The position numbers were made by a program, and so were the translations under genes. Source: an uncultured Actinomycetes bacterium (GTDB taxonomy: Bacteria; Actinomycetota; Thermoleophilia; UBA2241). From it: a DNA stretch of 64,000 bases. Location: NCBI GenBank assembly GCA_963767005.1, contig CAVYCN010000002.1, positions 544,001 through 608,000 of the forward strand, read 5' to 3'. The notes under the pieces were generated by a model. That model was not told the origin of the DNA. It worked only from the letters and a program-made list of their open reading frames with translations, and ran no database searches. Below, one piece after another: positions 61,104 to 64,000 of the stretch (position 1 is the first letter of the stretch; each line of letters opens with the position of its first letter).

Positions 61104-62600
61104 CTACTCGTCAGCGACGAGGGCACCGACCCTGTCGCCGAGGGTCTTGTCGCGGCTGTTGATGATCGCGGCGTAGATCAGCGCCACGACGATCATCGCC
61201 AGGGCCACGTAGGGGAACGCGTTGTACGGCGAAGGCTGGCCGGGCTTCACCAGGTTGTAGAGCGGATACACGATGACCGCCGTGCCGATGACCGGCAGGA
61301 TGAGATCCCTGACGACGCTGAACTGGCTGCGGTAGTGCTTGAGGTAGAAGATCGGCAGCGACAGGTTGGCCACCGCGTACGCGATGATCACGAGGATCGT
61401 ACCAAGCGTCGAGGGTTCGGCGAAGAGCACGATCGGCGTGATGCCCTGGATCAGCGCCCAGCCGAAGCAGCCGACCAGGCCGATGATCATGAAGACGACG
61501 AGGGCGTTGACCGGCGTGCCGCGCTTCGCGGACACCTTGCCAAGCCACTTCGGCAGCAGACCCTCGCGCCCCGAGTTGAACATGAGCCGGGCCTGCGAGT
61601 TGACCGCGGCGATCAGACAGCCGACGGTCGAGGTCACGCCGGCGATGTAGGCGAGGAAGGCGAGGAAGGCAAGCTCCTTCTGGGCCACGCCGATGAACGG
61701 GATCGAGTTGGCGGTCAGCTTGCCGACGTTCTCGCCGTAGGCCTCGACGGTGGCGTAGGAGAAGAGCACGAAGCTGGCCAGCATGAGCGCCACGCTGGCA
61801 AACAGAGCACGCGGGATGTTCTTGCGCGGCTGGTCGGTCTCTTCGGCCATGGGGCCGGCCGCCTCCCAGCCGATGAACATGTAGACGGCGAGCGGGAAGC
61901 CCAGGCCCAGCCCCTTGAAGCCGCTCAGCAGGTAGTGCGGGTTGAAGGGGTGCAACGTGAGATGGCCGCCGTTCTGGATGAGCGCGATGATGCTGACGAG
62001 CATCAGGATGATGAACTCGAAGGCGAAGAAGGCGCCCGCCCAGCGGGTCGAGAGGTGCACGCCCCTGATCATGAGGAAGGCGGCCAGACCGACGAAGGCG
62101 CAGACGAAGATCGGCCACGTCCACGACGGGAACGAGTGGAAGTAGTTCTGCAGGAACATGGTCATGAAACCGCCGGAGATGGCCATGATCGAGAAGATGT
62201 TCACAAGATAGCCGCCGACCAGCACGATGGCCGTGGTGATCGCCAGGACCGGCCCAAGAGCCATGCCTATGAACGTGATGAACGAGCCGGTCGACGGGTG
62301 GGCCTGCATATAGCGTGAGAGCGTGTTGGCCAGGAACGCGACCGCAATGCCGGCCACGATGATGGTGAGCGGCGAAGCGACACCCGACGTCGCCGCAAGG
62401 AAGCCAAAGCCGAAGTAGAAGCTCATCGCCGGGGCGATGTCGGCCATGGTCGAAGCCGCGACCTCGAACGGCCCGAGCACGCCGCGCTTGAGGCGGTTGC
62501 TCTCGGTGGCCGGGGTGGCCGCGGCTTCGGTCGCCGCGGGCGGCGGTGCCGTCACCGTGCTGACGCCACTGCGGGCGCCCTCTGCGTCGTTGGACTCCAT
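61104..62600 (-). CDS. APC family amino-acid/amine permease, paralog of the kinase-fused permease domain
   Basis: About 12 TM helices; IAPAMSFYFGFGFLA, FIGWE..GPMAEET and GREGLLP; GAGGGAGGGG RBS. Confidence 0.93.
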   Translation of the reverse strand: MESNDAEGARSGVSTVTAPPPAATEAAATPATESNRLKRGVLGPFEVAASTMADIAPAMSFYFGFGFLAATSGVASPLTIIVAGIAVAFLANTLSRYMQAHPSTGSFITFIGMALGPVLAITTAIVLVGGYLVNIFSIMAISGGFMTMFLQNYFHSFPSWTWPIFVCAFVGLAAFLMIRGVHLSTRWAGAFFAFEFIILMLVSIIALIQNGGHLTLHPFNPHYLLSGFKGLGLGFPLAVYMFIGWEAAGPMAEETDQPRKNIPRALFASVALMLASFVLFSYATVEAYGENVGKLTANSIPFIGVAQKELAFLAFLAYIAGVTSTVGCLIAAVNSQARLMFNSGREGLLPKWLGKVSAKRGTPVNALVVFMIIGLVGCFGWALIQGITPIVLFAEPSTLGTILVIIAYAVANLSLPIFYLKHYRSQFSVVRDLILPVIGTAVIVYPLYNLVKPGQPSPYNAFPYVALAMIVVALIYAAIINSRDKTLGDRVGALVADE

Positions 62601-62703
62601 GTCCCCCTCCCTCTCTTTCAGGTACGCGGTCAGCGGTACGTGGAACGGACGGCGGGACTCCCCCAGACCGGCCGGCTGTCGGGACGTGCCAGGCGTGCAC
62701 CCG

Positions 62704-64000
62704 TCATCGCGGCGGCTCGATCGCCGCCACGAGCGGCTTCAGGATGTCGACGACGCGGTCGGCCTCGTCGACGGTCGTCGTGCAGGGCGGCGCGATCACG
62801 ATGCGGTTCGAGCCCATCTGCCGCAGGTGCAGGCCCAGATGCCGGGCCTCGTCGAGCAGCGGCATGATCGGCCCCACCGGCGGATTGAACATCGCCTTCG
62901 TCTCTTTGTCGGCGACGATCTCCATGGCGAGCATGAGGCCGAGGCCGCTGTGCGTGCCGACGCACGGCATCGGCATGAACTCGCGTTCGATGCGCTCGAC
63001 GATGTGGGCGCCGACCCGGGTCGCGTTCTCGGCGATGTGCTCGTTCACGTAGACGTCGACCGCCGCGATCGCGGCGGCGCAGCCGGCCGGCGAGCCGCTG
63101 AAGGTGTACTGGTGCATGAGCGGGATGCCCTCGAGGCCGGCCCAGATCCTGTCGTTGAAGGCGACGGCGCCCATCGGGACGTAGCCGCCGGTGATGCCCT
63201 TCGACATCGCGATCACGTCGGGCACCACGTCCCAGTGGTTGATGCAGAACATCGTGCCGGTGCGGCAGAAGCCGCACATCACCTCATCGGCGATCATGGC
63301 GACCTCGTACCTGCTGCAGATCTCGCGGATCAGCGGCCAGTAGGTGTCGGGCGGCACGAGGAAGCCCGACGCGCCGAGCTCGGGCTCGGCGATGAAGGCG
63401 GCCACGTTCTCGGGCCCCTCAGCCTCGATCACCGTCTCCAGGAAGCGCGCGCAGCGCGTGTCGCAGACCGGATACTCGAGACCGAACGGACAGCGGTAGC
63501 AGTAGTAGGCCGGGATCTTCAGGTAGCCCGGCGCCTCGGGCCCGTAGCCGGCCTGCATGGCCGGGATACCGGTCAGGTTCATGGGCCCGTTGCCGGTGCC
63601 GTGGTAGCTCATGTAGAGGCTCACGACCTTGCGCTTGGTGGGCTGGCCGATCGCCGTGAAGTAGCGCCGCACGAGGCGGATCGCGGCGTCGGTCGACTCG
63701 CCGCCGCCCGAGGTGAACCAGAAGTGGTCGAGGTCGCCGGGCGTGACCGTCGCGAGCTTGCGGGCGCATTCGACCATCGGCGTGCTGGAGTGGCCGTAGT
63801 ACTGCCCGACGTGCTGCAGCTTGTTCAGCTGCGCCGTGACCGCGTCGATGATCTCGCGCCGGCCGTGGCCCAGGTTGGCGCTCACCATCTGCGACGAGGC
63901 GTCGAGGTACTCCTTGCCCTCGGTGTCGCGCAGCACGATGCCTTCGGCGGAGTCGTAGATCACGCCGAGCGTCTCGCCGAGCGGGATCTGGGCGTGCAGG
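62704..64000 (-). CDS. Class III PLP-dependent aminotransferase (omega-amine/BioA-like); N-terminus extends beyond the window end
   Basis: EYLDA...NLGHG, TSGGGES, SYHG, AFIAEP, IADEVMCGFCRTG and SKGITGGYVPMG with the PLP lysine. Confidence 0.94.
   Translation of the reverse strand, partial: LHAQIPLGETLGVIYDSAEGIVLRDTEGKEYLDASSQMVSANLGHGRREIIDAVTAQLNKLQHVGQYYGHSSTPMVECARKLATVTPGDLDHFWFTSGGGESTDAAIRLVRRYFTAIGQPTKRKVVSLYMSYHGTGNGPMNLTGIPAMQAGYGPEAPGYLKIPAYYCYRCPFGLEYPVCDTRCARFLETVIEAEGPENVAAFIAEPELGASGFLVPPDTYWPLIREICSRYEVAMIADEVMCGFCRTGTMFCINHWDVVPDVIAMSKGITGGYVPMGAVAFNDRIWAGLEGIPLMHQYTFSGSPAGCAAAIAAVDVYVNEHIAENATRVGAHIVERIEREFMPMPCVGTHSGLGLMLAMEIVADKETKAMFNPPVGPIMPLLDEARHLGLHLRQMGSNRIVIAPPCTTTVDEADRVVDILKPLVAAIEPPR

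Overview
This is a very GC-rich bacterial chromosome segment. Gene style and order suggest an actinobacterium such as Thermoleophilia, and the O2-sensitive Fe-S enzymes suggest an anaerobic or facultative lifestyle; both points are inference. Bases 1-34 kb are mostly housekeeping: uvrC (partial)-uvrA-uvrB-slt-coaE-rpsA-polA, tRNA-Leu(GAG), a DnaQ-DinG fusion, an ABC-2 exporter, an ABC-F ATPase and a MutY-like glycosylase. Bases 35-64 kb hold three accessory modules. (1) A two-gene activase/reductase pair with the architecture of PlsA/PlsR plasmalogen/ether-lipid synthases, about 4 kb from a radical SAM enzyme that may be a membrane-spanning-lipid synthase. (2) A c-di-GMP-I riboswitch heading a secreted subtilase with a (YSWSR)x8 tail, whose stop overlaps the start of a membrane sensor-PP2C phosphatase, followed by an anti-sigma kinase and a STAS protein. 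(3) A complete APC amino-acid permease fused to GAF regions and a NarX-type histidine kinase, beside its NarL-type regulator. A closely related stand-alone permease lies about 6 kb downstream in a putative amine-catabolic cluster. No CRISPR array, transposase or integrase was seen. All calls come from reading motifs by eye; no searches were run.
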